A stretch of 64,000 nt of DNA. Source: an uncultured delta proteobacterium. GTDB lineage: Bacteria; Myxococcota_A; Polyangia; Polyangiales; Polyangiaceae. The notes beneath the pieces were generated by a model, which saw only the letters and a list, made by a program, of their open reading frames with translations, ran no database searches and was not told where the DNA came from. A program made the translations under genes and the position numbers. The stretch lies in assembly GCA_963841435.1 (NCBI GenBank), contig CAWJCS010000001.1:64001-128000 (forward strand). The letters are read 5' to 3'. Within the stretch, counting starts at the first letter, position 1. Each line of letters begins with the position of its first letter. This document shows, in pieces, positions 9,616 through 19,864 of this stretch.

Positions 9616-11196
9616 TTTTCAATCCCTTCGTAAACGATGCCACTAAAGAAACGCGTGTTCGCGCTATCGGGGTCGAGCGCGTTGAGCAGCGTTGCCGCGA
9701 GGTCGCCGTCAACCTGGTGCAACACCAGTGCAGTGCGCCCTTCGTCGTCGCTGCCTGGACGCGCGAGATCGAACACGCCCGTGATCGGGCGCTCCGTCGT
9801 GAGCGACGCCGCATGCAGGTTGCCGAGGTCGATGCTCGCGAAATCGACGCCACCCGGTAGATAGGCCCAGAGCCTACGGCCGTCGGGGGCCGGGCTCAGC
9901 GAAAAATTCCGCCCGTTGGTGTCCATCGGCGCCGTCTCGCGCGTCGCGAGGTCGAGCACGAAGAAGTCGCCGCTGTTGCTCTCGAGGATCTTGTAGGTCG
10001 GGTACGCGGTGCCCGGCACGTCCAGGACCTCCCTCACCGTCGTGCCGACGCTCACCGTCTGCAGTCCGCGGCTCGTTGCGGTCGAACTGGCCGAGGTTCC
10101 AGAGCCCGACGGTCTGCGCCTGGTCGCTCCACAAGAGCGCTACGTCGTTCGTCGAGGCGTCGAGGTCATCCGTCACGCGCGTGATGGCCTTGAACGCCGT
10201 GGACATGCCGACCTTCACGCTGTTGCTCGTGTGCGGGTCGACGAGCGCCGCCGTCGAGCCGACGAGGGCGAGCAAACGGACGCCCGCGTTGGTGCGCACG
10301 AACTCGATCGTGGTCGGCTGCCCGCCTACCTCGAGGAGATTCGGCTTGAGATCGAAAGCGTTGTCGGTGTCGGCGGGCGAGGCGAGCGACAGCAGAAGCA
10401 CGCTGGAATCGCCGCTGACGCGCACGGCAAGCTCGGCGTCCAGGGCCTTCGCCGGGTCGTCGTCGACGACGGCGTCGTGAAAGACGACCTGGACCGGTGC
10501 GCCGACGGCACCCGTCTGATTGTGCGGCATCTCCATGCGAAGCTGGTTCGATTCGGCGCTCGCCGCGTCGGAAAGGTCGAGCAACACGACGTCGCGCTCG
10601 GTCTGCACGACGAGGAAGCGACGCGGCTCTCCGTTCGGCACGCTCAATGTGTCGGTGAACAGGAAGCTCTTCGGGCTGCTGCCGCCGCTCTGCACGGTGA
10701 CGGGGATCGGGTCGGCGTCCTCGTGCAGGAGGTCGATCAAAATGACCTCGTTCGGGTTGTTGACGGCGCGGCTGTCGTTCGACGTGACGTACGCGAGTGC
10801 CCACTCCATCTGGGGATCGATCATCAGGCCGCTGAGCGGGTCGGTGAACTCGTACGAGCGGTTCACGCGCGGCGGGTCGGTGTCGATGATGGTGAGGCGC
10901 GGCAGCTCGTCGGCCGGGTTACGCCGCGGCTGGATGCCGCGCGAGAGCACGAAAAGCTGCTTGCCGTCGGGCGACGCCTTGGTGGTGGCGACGTTCAGCC
11001 CGACGGGCAATGCGTCCACCTTTAGCTCGAGCGGTCCAGGCGACGACAGCATCAGGACCCGATTGAGGGTGGGGTCGAGCACGGCGACGGACGAGTCCAG
11101 GCCCACGGTCTGCTGCGGCGTGAACGGCGTATCCCACGCCGCGGGGCGACCACCGCAAGCGCACAAGAGAAGCGAAAGCCCCAGCGTTCTGTTCAT
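9612..11196 (-). CDS. Beta-propeller-like lipoprotein C, frameshift near 10080
   Basis: Lipobox LCAC. Blade-like motifs (ASPDGKQLFV, PAPDGRRLW). Removing one C at ~10080 joins ORFs 9874-11196 and 9612-10055. Confidence 0.75.
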
Positions 11197-12896
11197 GGTT
11201 TTTCCACCTTGGCCGCGAGCTCGAAGCCGGTGAGCGTTCGCGCTGCGCCATCTTCGAGGTCGACGAACGTGATCCGGCCCTCGGGGTGCGCCTGCGCCAC
11301 GAAGGCGCGCTTGGCATCTTCCACCATGCCGGCGGCCAGCGGCGGGCTCGGCAGCGCGTAGAAGTTTTCCTCGAGGTTGTCGAGGTACACGAGGTACATG
11401 CCGTACGACGCCTTCGCGAGGTCGCGCGTCGCGATCACCGCGGTGCCGCCGTCGGAAGCGAAGCTCACGGCCACGGGTGGCGCGTCCGTCCCGATGAGCT
11501 TCGGCGCGCGGTCCGTTTGCGCCGAGACGATGCTGAAGGCTCCCGCCTTGCGGCTGTTGCTGGCGGGCGACTGAAAGGCGATGCCGTGCAGCGCATCGGG
11601 CGCGGCGAACGCCGCCAGCACGGGCGCCCGGAGGTCGAGCGCGCGGCCCTCGAACCTCTGCCAGTCCGAGGCGCTCGTGAGCACGGTGAGGTACTGGTTC
11701 ATCTCCGCGTTCGCGTAAAGGAGCGCGAGCGACGTGTCGGGCGAGAGCGATACGCTGCGCGAAACGACGTTGTCGACGCTCGCGCGCGGGAACGTCGCCG
11801 GGTCTCGATGCCCGGGCGGCACCGGCACGACGACGAGCGTCGAGCCCGCGACGGCGAAGGCGCTCTTACCGTCCGTCGAGAGATCGAGGTCCGTCACGAA
11901 GTTGCCGAGGTCCACGCCCTGCCGCTCGCCCGTCACGGTGTCGACGAACCCGAGCGCGCGCGTCGCGTCAACGCGTACGACGGCGAGCGCGCCGTCCGGC
12001 GTCACGCTCACGTCGCGTGCCGCCTGATCCGCGACGGGATCGTCGGTGAGCTCGATGAGGCTGCCCGCGCGCGGCACGTCGCCGAGCTCGATGATGCTCA
12101 GGCCCGGTTCGGTCACGATGAAGGCGCGCGTTTCGTCCTCGTCGAAGGTGACGCGCGAGGGGCGGTAGCCGACGCTCAGCGTCGTGGCGCGCGGCGTGTC
12201 GCGAAGATCGACCACCGTTACGTCTTGCAGGCCGTCGGTGGGGTCGAGCGCGGTTTCGTCGAACTGGGCTGCGTCGGTCCAGGCCACGGCCCATTGCCCG
12301 CGCGGCGATACGGCGACGGCATTGGCGCCGGCGTGCGTGGGGACGGTCGTGGCGGCGATCGCACCTTGGTCGTCGATGCTGACGATGGTCGCGTCTTCGC
12401 TTCCGACGTTGAGCACGATGGCGCCGTCCCGGTCGTCACCGGGCAGCGCCGCGACGGTCGTGGGAGCCAGCCCGGCGTCGGCGAGGCGCACCTCGAAGGT
12501 CTCCGCGTTGATGAGCGCCACGCGGTTGGTCGTCGGGTTCGCGGTCCACACGAAACGTTTCGTAGCGACGGGCGCTTCGAACGCGCTCTCGAGCTCCTTT
12601 TCCGGAGGCGGCGGCGGCTCCTCGGGCATGCCGCCCGCCGTGCCACCCGCGTTCGTGGCGCCGGTGCCCGCCGAAGCGCCGGGTCCAGTCCCGCTGCTGC
12701 CGCCGGTCCCGACCGTCGCCGAGCTGCCGCCCGTTCCGGGCGAGGCCGCGCCGCTGCCCGAGTTCGGCGTGGGCACCCCGGATTCGGACGAACCGCTGGC
12801 ACTCCCGTCGCCGCCGCAGGCCCCGAGCGTCGTCGCGCCGAGCGCGAGCCCGACCGCGCCTGCCGCCCAGGCCGAACGGTAGCGCACGTCAGTCAC
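11193..12896 (-). CDS. YVTN/YncE-like beta-propeller lipoprotein B
   Basis: Lipobox LGAC, Gly/Ser/Thr linker, repeated VSP(D/R)G and TPDG blades, C-terminal HPEGRITFVDL...RTLTGFEL. Confidence 0.8.
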   Translation of the reverse strand: MTDVRYRSAWAAGAVGLALGATTLGACGGDGSASGSSESGVPTPNSGSGAASPGTGGSSATVGTGGSSGTGPGASAGTGATNAGGTAGGMPEEPPPPPEKELESAFEAPVATKRFVWTANPTTNRVALINAETFEVRLADAGLAPTTVAALPGDDRDGAIVLNVGSEDATIVSIDDQGAIAATTVPTHAGANAVAVSPRGQWAVAWTDAAQFDETALDPTDGLQDVTVVDLRDTPRATTLSVGYRPSRVTFDEDETRAFIVTEPGLSIIELGDVPRAGSLIELTDDPVADQAARDVSVTPDGALAVVRVDATRALGFVDTVTGERQGVDLGNFVTDLDLSTDGKSAFAVAGSTLVVVPVPPGHRDPATFPRASVDNVVSRSVSLSPDTSLALLYANAEMNQYLTVLTSASDWQRFEGRALDLRAPVLAAFAAPDALHGIAFQSPASNSRKAGAFSIVSAQTDRAPKLIGTDAPPVAVSFASDGGTAVIATRDLAKASYGMYLVYLDNLEENFYALPSPPLAAGMVEDAKRAFVAQAHPEGRITFVDLEDGAARTLTGFELAAKVEKP

Positions 12897-14700
12897 GGCC
12901 CTTCACTCCTGCTGAAAGCTCGAAGCCCGTGAGCGTGCGCGGCGTGCCGGTCTCGAGGTCGATGAAGGTGATGCGACCCTCCGGGTGCGACTGTGCGACG
13001 AATCCCACGGCCGCTTCCGGCACGAGCGCGGTCGAAAGCGGCGTGCTGCCGAGCGGGATCAGCGTGGTGTCGAGACCGGGGAAGCCACCGAGATAGACGG
13101 CGTCGATCGTGCTGCCAGGCGTCGAGCCGGGGCCGCTCACGGTGACGAGTGCTTGCTCGTCGCCCACGGCGACCGCCTGTGGCGGCGCATCCGTACCCAC
13201 GATCTTCGGCGGGAGGTTCTCGGCGACCGGAACGAGACTGAACCCGCCGGGCTTCTGGCTTCCCGGCGCCTGGCCGAGCAGCGCGATGGCGTGCGCGCCG
13301 TCGGGCGATGTCAACACGGCCTTGACCGGCGCCTGCACGACGACGGTCCGGAGCTCGGGCGTGCCGGCATAGTGAAGAATCGTCAGGTGATCGTCGGCGA
13401 CGGCGTTCGTGTAGAGGAGCGCCACGTCGCCTTCCGCCGCGACGACGACGCTGCCCACGAGGCGTGGCACGGCGATGCGCGTGAAGTCGCCCGGGTGGTC
13501 GACGATGCGCGGAATCGGCAAAATCGCGACGATCGAGCCGCCGTCGCCCGAGCTGCCGCCGCTACCACCCGCGCCGGTGCCTCCGGTACCGCCCTCGCCC
13601 GCCGCGCCGGCCGCGTACTCGCCTGCTGCGCCCGCCATGGCGTCGGCGCCGGCCTCGCCGACGAGCGCGAACGCCCCGCCTCCGTTGCCGCCGTTTCCCG
13701 AGTCGCCGAGCGCCCGTGCCACCGCGGGCGTGCGGACGACCGCGAAGGCAAGCTTGCCGTCCGGCGAGAGATCGAGGTCGGTCACGGCGCCTGGCAGCGT
13801 GACCTTGGTCGTTCCCTCACCGGCAAGCGACACGATCTCGACGTCCGGGCTGTCGAGACGCCGAACCAGCGCGAGCGTTCCGTCGGGCGTGACGGTGACG
13901 TTGCGCGTGCTCGCCGCCTCGGTGGGATCGGCCGTGACGGCGATGTCGCGCAGTACGCGGGGCTTGTCGCCGTCCGGAAGGTCGATGACGCTCACGCCGG
14001 GCTCGGCGACGACGTAGGCTTCGTGCCCGCTTTCGGCGATCGTCACGCGCGACGGCCGGTAGCCCACCGTGAGGCGTCGCCCCGCTGGAGGCGTCGCCGT
14101 GAGGTCGATCACCGTCATGTCCTGGAACCCCTCCGTCGGATCGGGGTTCTCGACGAGCGCCGCGTCGGACCAAGCGAGCGCCCAGTGACCGTCGGGGCTC
14201 ACCGTCAGCCGGTTCGCGCTCTGGTGCAGCGGCACACCGACACCGTCGATGGCGCCGCCTTTCGCGTGCAGGATCGTGGCGTCGCCGCTGCCGACGTTGA
14301 TGACCACGGCGCCCGTTTCGTCGCCGCCGGAGCCCGGAATGGCGGCAAGGTAGGTTGGCAGGAGACCGGCCTCCGTGGTCGTCACATCGAGTGACTTCGC
14401 GTCGATGAGCGCGACCCTGCCGCTTAGCGGGTTTGCGGTCCAAATCCAGCGCCCACTCACGACGGGCGCCGAATAGGTATCTTCGCTTTCGGTCTCCGGC
14501 GGCAGCGGTTGACCGGCGGTTCCACCGCTCGCCCCCTGGGCGCCGCTGCCGCCCGTGGCCCCCGTGCCGGGGACCGTCGTCCCACCAGCGGTATCGTTGC
14601 TGTTCAAACTCGCGCTGCACGCGGCCGCGAGCGAGAGCACCGCCATCGCGAAGAGCCAGGGCCTCGTGCCCGAGCGACCACCTCTACGTAAGCCCGACAA
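12889..14700 (-). CDS. YVTN/YncE-like beta-propeller lipoprotein A, paralog of B
   Basis: Likely TTG start at 14700 after a G-rich RBS-like stretch, lipobox AAAC. Aligns by eye with B along its length (WTANP..RVALI.A, VGYRPSRVT, HPEGRITF.DL..RTLTGFEL). Internal Gly-rich insertion. Confidence 0.8.
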   Translation of the reverse strand: MSGLRRGGRSGTRPWLFAMAVLSLAAACSASLNSNDTAGGTTVPGTGATGGSGAQGASGGTAGQPLPPETESEDTYSAPVVSGRWIWTANPLSGRVALIDAKSLDVTTTEAGLLPTYLAAIPGSGGDETGAVVINVGSGDATILHAKGGAIDGVGVPLHQSANRLTVSPDGHWALAWSDAALVENPDPTEGFQDMTVIDLTATPPAGRRLTVGYRPSRVTIAESGHEAYVVAEPGVSVIDLPDGDKPRVLRDIAVTADPTEAASTRNVTVTPDGTLALVRRLDSPDVEIVSLAGEGTTKVTLPGAVTDLDLSPDGKLAFAVVRTPAVARALGDSGNGGNGGGAFALVGEAGADAMAGAAGEYAAGAAGEGGTGGTGAGGSGGSSGDGGSIVAILPIPRIVDHPGDFTRIAVPRLVGSVVVAAEGDVALLYTNAVADDHLTILHYAGTPELRTVVVQAPVKAVLTSPDGAHAIALLGQAPGSQKPGGFSLVPVAENLPPKIVGTDAPPQAVAVGDEQALVTVSGPGSTPGSTIDAVYLGGFPGLDTTLIPLGSTPLSTALVPEAAVGFVAQSHPEGRITFIDLETGTPRTLTGFELSAGVKGRD

Positions 14701-14970
14701 CGTACCCCCCAGCGTGCAAGCGTCGCGCCATCCGAGCGCTCGTGTTCCCGCCAGGCAACGTTCGCGGCAGCTTGCCCCAGTTATAGCCAGCATTCGGGGT
14801 TCGCCGCTTCGTGCCCCGAGGCTCCTCGCCCCGCCGTCCGGCACAGTCATGCCAGCGCCGCGACAGCCGTGTCGTGGTTTGTCCTCGCGGTTCGCTCAGC
14901 GTGAGGTCGGGGCGCGCGGTGCCAGGCGCGGGCGACGGCGCGCGAGCCGCGGCGCCGCCGGTACGCTCGC

Positions 14971-16203
14971 TCAGGGCGCAGAGACGCCCTTTTTGCCTTG
15001 CTGCGCGAAGTAGGCGCGCAGCGCGTCGCGCGCGAGCTGGGGCGCCTTGATCTGCCAGCTCGGCGTGTTCACGACGAGCGCGCTCACGGCGATCTCCGGG
15101 TCGTTCGCAGGGGCGAAGCCGATGAACCACGTGTAGAGGTGGCTACCGTCCCGCTCGCCGAGCGTGCCCGTCTTGCCAGCGACGGGGATCTCGGGCAGGT
15201 ACGCGCGACCGGCGGCGTCGTGGAAGCTCTTGTACGCCGAGCCGTTGTCGACGGTCTGCTTCATCATGCGCGTGAGCTCGGCGGCGGTCTCGGGGCGGAT
15301 GGCGCGCCGCACGACGCGCGGTCCCCGGTCGTCCTTCCAGAGCACGTCGTCGTTCTTGACGATCGAAGCGACGATGCGCGGCTCTAGCGTGACGCCGCCG
15401 TTCGCCACCGTCTGCGCGAGCTGCGCCGCGGCGAGTGGCGAAAGCGTCGTGTGATAGAAACCGGCCGAGGCGCGGGCAAACTCGAGTGGATCGGACGGTA
15501 GCTCGATCGTCGGCGCCTCGTTCGCCACGACGAACGGCACGGGCGCACCGAAACCGAAGGCTCCCCCGACGGCCCTGAGATCCTCGGGCGTGATGTGTTT
15601 CTGGGCGAGGCGCGCGAACACGACGTTGATGCTGCGCCCCATCGCGATGGCGAGTGTGGCGCACCACTTGTCGCGCCGCGGGTCCTCCGTCAGCTCGTCC
15701 TGCTGAATGCGGCTCTTGCCGCCGTGGTAGCACTGCTCGGTGTCCGCACCGAGCCCAGCCTTCTCGATGAGCGCGGCGCCCGTGACGACCTTGAACACGC
15801 TCGCCGCCGGCGCGTCGGCGCGGATGTTCACGTCGGTCTTGTCGCCCTCGGAGGCGTAGCTCGCGTAGGCAATGACGCGTCCCGTCTTCACCTCGATCAT
15901 CACGACGCCCGCGCGCGGGATGCGGTAGCTCTCCATCTCGGCACGCACCGAGCGCTGCACCACGGGGTCGAGCGTCAGCTCCGCACGGCGTCCCTCCGCT
16001 AACGGTGCCAGCACCTTCGAGGGGCGCACGTCGAGCCGGAGGAGGTCGAGCCCCTCGAAGCTGGGCGGGGCGGGCGGCTTGGCCTTGCCTTGGAGCTTGC
16101 GGAGCGGCTCGCCTACGTCGATGTTCCCGCGCACGACCGGAACGAGCGCCAGGATGACGCCGAGGGCCGCAGCGAAGCCCATGAAGCTGCTGTAGCGCCG
16201 CAT
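14971..16203 (-). CDS. Penicillin-binding protein, transpeptidase domain only
   Basis: SxxK (ASVFK), SxN (SIN), KTGT, one N-terminal TM helix, no transglycosylase domain. Confidence 0.88.
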   Translation of the reverse strand: MRRYSSFMGFAAALGVILALVPVVRGNIDVGEPLRKLQGKAKPPAPPSFEGLDLLRLDVRPSKVLAPLAEGRRAELTLDPVVQRSVRAEMESYRIPRAGVVMIEVKTGRVIAYASYASEGDKTDVNIRADAPAASVFKVVTGAALIEKAGLGADTEQCYHGGKSRIQQDELTEDPRRDKWCATLAIAMGRSINVVFARLAQKHITPEDLRAVGGAFGFGAPVPFVVANEAPTIELPSDPLEFARASAGFYHTTLSPLAAAQLAQTVANGGVTLEPRIVASIVKNDDVLWKDDRGPRVVRRAIRPETAAELTRMMKQTVDNGSAYKSFHDAAGRAYLPEIPVAGKTGTLGERDGSHLYTWFIGFAPANDPEIAVSALVVNTPSWQIKAPQLARDALRAYFAQQGKKGVSAP

Positions 16204-16306
16204 GCCTCGGGGATTAACGGGCATCGGTGCCCTGGGCCAAGAAAGGCGCGTCCCGTGGACGCGCTCGCGGGGGCTCGTGCGGCCGTCCCGACCCCGTCGG
16301 CGCCCG

Positions 16307-17767
16307 TCAGAGCGCCTGTTCGAGACGCCGGCAGACCGTTTCGAGCACGTTGAGGCGAGCACCGCGCTTGTCGTCGGCAGCGACCAACGAAAACGGCGCA
16401 TACTCGGTGCTGTTGCGCTCGATCATCTCGCTCGCGGCGGCCTCGTACAGGTTCTCGCGCTGACGGTTGCGGTAGTCCTCGGCGCTGATCTTGTGCTGCT
16501 TCCAAGGCTCCTTTTCGCGCGCTTCGAAGCGGCGTAGCTGCTCGGCCGAGCTCACCTGCAGCCAGAACTTCACGAGGATGATGCCGTCGTCGGTGAGCTC
16601 GCGCTCGAAGCCGTTGATCTCCTTGTAGGCACGCGACCACTCGTCGTGCGTCGCGTAACCTTCGACGCGCTCGACGAGCACACGGCCGTACCAGCTCCTA
16701 TCGTAGATGGTGATGCGTCCGCGGCGCGGCAGATGCCGCCAGAATCGCCAGAGGTAGTGGTGGGCGCGCTCTTCGTCCGTGGGGGCCCCGATCGGAATCA
16801 CGCGGTACTGCCCGGCATCGAGGGCGTAGGTGAGCCGCCGGATCGCGCCGCCCTTTCCGGCGGCGTCGGGTCCCTCGAAAACGATGATGGCGCTCCGGCG
16901 CTTGCGCTCGAGCCGCTCCGCGAGGCGGTGCAGGCGCGCCTGGAGCTTGGGCATCCTCGCATCGTACTCGCGCTTGTCGATGCGCGTTTCGAAGTCGAGA
17001 GTGTCGAGGATCGTGCTCGGATTGGGGATGGGGGCTTCCCGCACGGGGACTCGCGGGGGCGGGGTTGCGGCGATCCGCTCCTCCATCGCGGCGAGCAAGC
17101 GCCGGGCCGCCGTCACGTCGCGGTAGCGGGGATCGGCTCCCTCGATCACGGTCCAGGGAGCGCCGGCCGTGCTCGTTTCGCGCACGGCCTCCGCAGAAGT
17201 CTTGCGATAGCGCGTGTAGTGCTCGAACCGTTGCCACTCGTGCTTCCTGATGCGAAATCGCGAGCGCCGCTCCGCGGCCAGCGCCTTGAGGCGCTGCTTC
17301 TGCTGCCGCTTCGAAAGGTGCAGCCAGAGCTTGACGAGCAAGACGGAGTCGTCGGAGAGCGTGCGCTCGAACGCCGTGATGCGCGCCAGATCCCCCGTGA
17401 AATCGGTGGCGCTCGAGCGCCGCTCCGCGCGGTCCACGATGGGCCGGGTGTACCAGTTGCCGAGAAAGATCCCGATGCGGCCCGCCGGCGGCAGCCAGCG
17501 CCAATAGCGCCAGAGCTCCGGGCGCTCACGCGCTTCCTCGCTCGGTGGCGTGTACGTTTCGGTCACGAGGTAGCGCGCGTCGAGCCACTCGTTGAGTCGA
17601 TTCGACGCCTCGGCCATGCCACCCACGCCGTTCAGCAGCACCACGACGGAGATGCCGGCGCCTTCGAGCGCGGTCTGCGCCTTGAGCAGGCGCGTGCGAA
17701 GATCGGGCACGATCGCGTCGTACTCAGCCTTATCGAGGGTCCGTCCGATCTCCGCCGTTTCGAACAT
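16307..17767 (-). CDS. pap: Polyphosphate:AMP phosphotransferase (two-domain PPK2, class II)
   Basis: Duplicated PPK2 domains. The C-terminal domain has FEGPDAAGKGG and DRSWYGRVLVERVEG; the N-terminal domain is degenerate. Confidence 0.92.
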   Translation of the reverse strand: MFETAEIGRTLDKAEYDAIVPDLRTRLLKAQTALEGAGISVVVLLNGVGGMAEASNRLNEWLDARYLVTETYTPPSEEARERPELWRYWRWLPPAGRIGIFLGNWYTRPIVDRAERRSSATDFTGDLARITAFERTLSDDSVLLVKLWLHLSKRQQKQRLKALAAERRSRFRIRKHEWQRFEHYTRYRKTSAEAVRETSTAGAPWTVIEGADPRYRDVTAARRLLAAMEERIAATPPPRVPVREAPIPNPSTILDTLDFETRIDKREYDARMPKLQARLHRLAERLERKRRSAIIVFEGPDAAGKGGAIRRLTYALDAGQYRVIPIGAPTDEERAHHYLWRFWRHLPRRGRITIYDRSWYGRVLVERVEGYATHDEWSRAYKEINGFERELTDDGIILVKFWLQVSSAEQLRRFEAREKEPWKQHKISAEDYRNRQRENLYEAAASEMIERNSTEYAPFSLVAADDKRGARLNVLETVCRRLEQAL

Positions 17768-17782
17768 GCTGGTGGTCTCCAA

Positions 17783-19063
17783 TCAGCCTGAAAGGGCTGC
17801 GCCAAGGAGCAGCGCCGCCGCGCCCGAAAGGAGCATGGAGACGAGCGCCGGCGCCACGTATTTCCCGAGCTCTCGGCCGCCGACCAGCGTCGCCATGCCC
17901 GCCTTGACGAGCGTGTTCACGAACGCTGCGAGCGCGATCGCCGGCGCCACCGAGACCGACACGGCGTGCGAGCGCGCGAGCTCCGCGAGCGAAAGCGTGA
18001 TCGCGTCGACATCGGCGATGCCGGCGAGCGCCGCCGAGGCGTAGAGCCCACGCGTGCCGACGTACTCCTGCGCCGCCTTCACGACGAACAACACGCCGCC
18101 GTAGATCAACCCGAACTTCACGGCGACGTTCAGCTCGAAGGGGTTGCGAAATGGGACGTCCTCGTGAGCCGTATCGTGCGCGCTCCGCGCGTACACGAAG
18201 AATGCCCACACGTAGCCCGCGGCACCCATCGCGAGCAGCGAGGGCCAGAGCTCGGAGACCAGCGGAAAGTTCACCGCCGCGACCACCACGAGCATGCGCG
18301 GAAACATCGTGGCGCAACCGGCCATGATGCCGACGGACGCGACCCGCGCGAGCGCCGGCTGTTCCTTGACGCGCGTCGAGAGCGCGAGCGTGAGCGCGGT
18401 CGAGGAAACGAGGCCGCCGATCAGCCCGGCCACGAGCAGGCCGCGGCGGCTGCCGACGACACGCGCCGCGACGTAGCCCGCGAAGCCCACGCCGGCGACG
18501 AGCGTCACCACGAGCCCGATTTTCCGTGGATTGAGCACGTCGAGCGGGCCGTAGGTGCGGTTCGGCAGGAGCGGGATCACGACAACGGCCAGCACGACGA
18601 ACTTGACCGTCGCGTAGACGTCTTCGCTCGAGACGCGCGCGATGAAGCCGTGCAGCGGGCGCTTGAGCGCGAGTAGCGCCATCGTGGTCGCGGCGATCCC
18701 CGCGACGAGCAGGAAGCGGGGCGAGTCCGGCATGAGCTCGGGCGTGGCGGCCAGCACTCCGAGCGAGAAGGTGATGATGGCGGCGATCTCGGTCGAAACG
18801 CCAACGTCCTCGCTCTTCGCGCGCGCCTGCGCGACGCCGAGCGCAACCGCCACCGCGCCGAGCAGCGCGCCCGTGATCCAGGTTCCGAGCGCACGACCGA
18901 GGAGCGCCCCCATGACGCCGGCGATGGCGAACAGCGGGAAGGTGCGGATGCCCCCGAAGTCGCTGCCGGGCCGTTCCTCGTGTGCTCGCTGCCGCTCGGC
19001 CCCGATCAGGAGGCCAGCCCCGACCGCGACGGCCAGAGCCTGGAGTGCCTCGCTCGCGGTCAT
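17783..19063 (-). CDS. MgtC/SapB family protein with DUF4010 domain
   Basis: GLLIGAER, GIRTFPL, STEIAA, GGLVSSTA, GIADVDA; many TM helices. Confidence 0.9.
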   Translation of the reverse strand: MTASEALQALAVAVGAGLLIGAERQRAHEERPGSDFGGIRTFPLFAIAGVMGALLGRALGTWITGALLGAVAVALGVAQARAKSEDVGVSTEIAAIITFSLGVLAATPELMPDSPRFLLVAGIAATTMALLALKRPLHGFIARVSSEDVYATVKFVVLAVVVIPLLPNRTYGPLDVLNPRKIGLVVTLVAGVGFAGYVAARVVGSRRGLLVAGLIGGLVSSTALTLALSTRVKEQPALARVASVGIMAGCATMFPRMLVVVAAVNFPLVSELWPSLLAMGAAGYVWAFFVYARSAHDTAHEDVPFRNPFELNVAVKFGLIYGGVLFVVKAAQEYVGTRGLYASAALAGIADVDAITLSLAELARSHAVSVSVAPAIALAAFVNTLVKAGMATLVGGRELGKYVAPALVSMLLSGAAALLLGAALSG

Positions 19064-19118
19064 GGCCGAACGTTACACGGAGGTTGCGTCCCCGAGGCCC
19101 TTGCCATAGAGGGGCAGC

Positions 19119-19832
19119 ATGAAACACTTTTCGTTTCTGCTCACCCTGTTTTCCGGCTCGACGGTCCTCGGCTGCCTCGCGCCGCCGCCTTGCACCGAGG
19201 TTCAGTCGGCGAATACCTCGAGCGGTCCGGCGGCGGCGGCCGCCGCGGCCGCACCGGCGGCGGCCGCGGAAGCAGCGAGCGACCCGGGCGATCTCTCCAA
19301 GCCACTCGTGGTCTGGAACGGAGACGACGTAGCGCCGACGGCGAAGGAGTGGGCATCGTGTGACACGAAGCCGTGCACGACGACGCTCCAGCCCGTCGAC
19401 AAGGTGGGCAAGAACGGCAGTATCGGGCTCGAGTTCAAGGCGAGCACCAAGGGCGGGTACGTCGGGTTCGGCTGGAACTGGACGAGCTGGTACAAGGGCG
19501 GTGCGTCGAACATCACGGGTCGCAAGGTGCTGAAGTTCTCCATTCAGATCGTCTCGACCTCGCCGGAGGTCGCGCCTGCCGGCGACGCCATTCGCGTGCG
19601 ACTCGGGTGCGCCAAGGTTGACAAATGCGGGAAAATCGTCGGAAGCCTCGCGAAGTACGAGCCCAAGGTCACCGACGGTGCCTGGCACGACATCACGATT
19701 CCGCTCGTCGACATGAAGACCGAGGACAAGGACGAGTGGGACGACGCGTCCGCCTGGGAGTTCCAGATTCACAACTGGGCGCCGACGCCCCGGGAATTCG
19801 TGGCTCACATCGACGACATCCGGTTCGAGTAG
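19119..19832 (+). CDS. Lipoprotein with a galactose-binding-like/CBM-type beta-sandwich
   Basis: Lipobox VLGC, Ala linker, GFGWNW, WHDITIPL, terminal IDDIRFE. Confidence 0.65.
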   Translation: MKHFSFLLTLFSGSTVLGCLAPPPCTEVQSANTSSGPAAAAAAAAPAAAAEAASDPGDLSKPLVVWNGDDVAPTAKEWASCDTKPCTTTLQPVDKVGKNGSIGLEFKASTKGGYVGFGWNWTSWYKGGASNITGRKVLKFSIQIVSTSPEVAPAGDAIRVRLGCAKVDKCGKIVGSLAKYEPKVTDGAWHDITIPLVDMKTEDKDEWDDASAWEFQIHNWAPTPREFVAHIDDIRFE

Positions 19833-19864
19833 CCGCGCGGACGAGAGGGGACTAGGATCCAACG

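Noticed and set aside
14836-14856. TGGCATGACTGTGC as a sigma-54 promoter for the propeller operon
   Set aside because: GG-to-GC spacing is one base short of the strict -24/-12 requirement.
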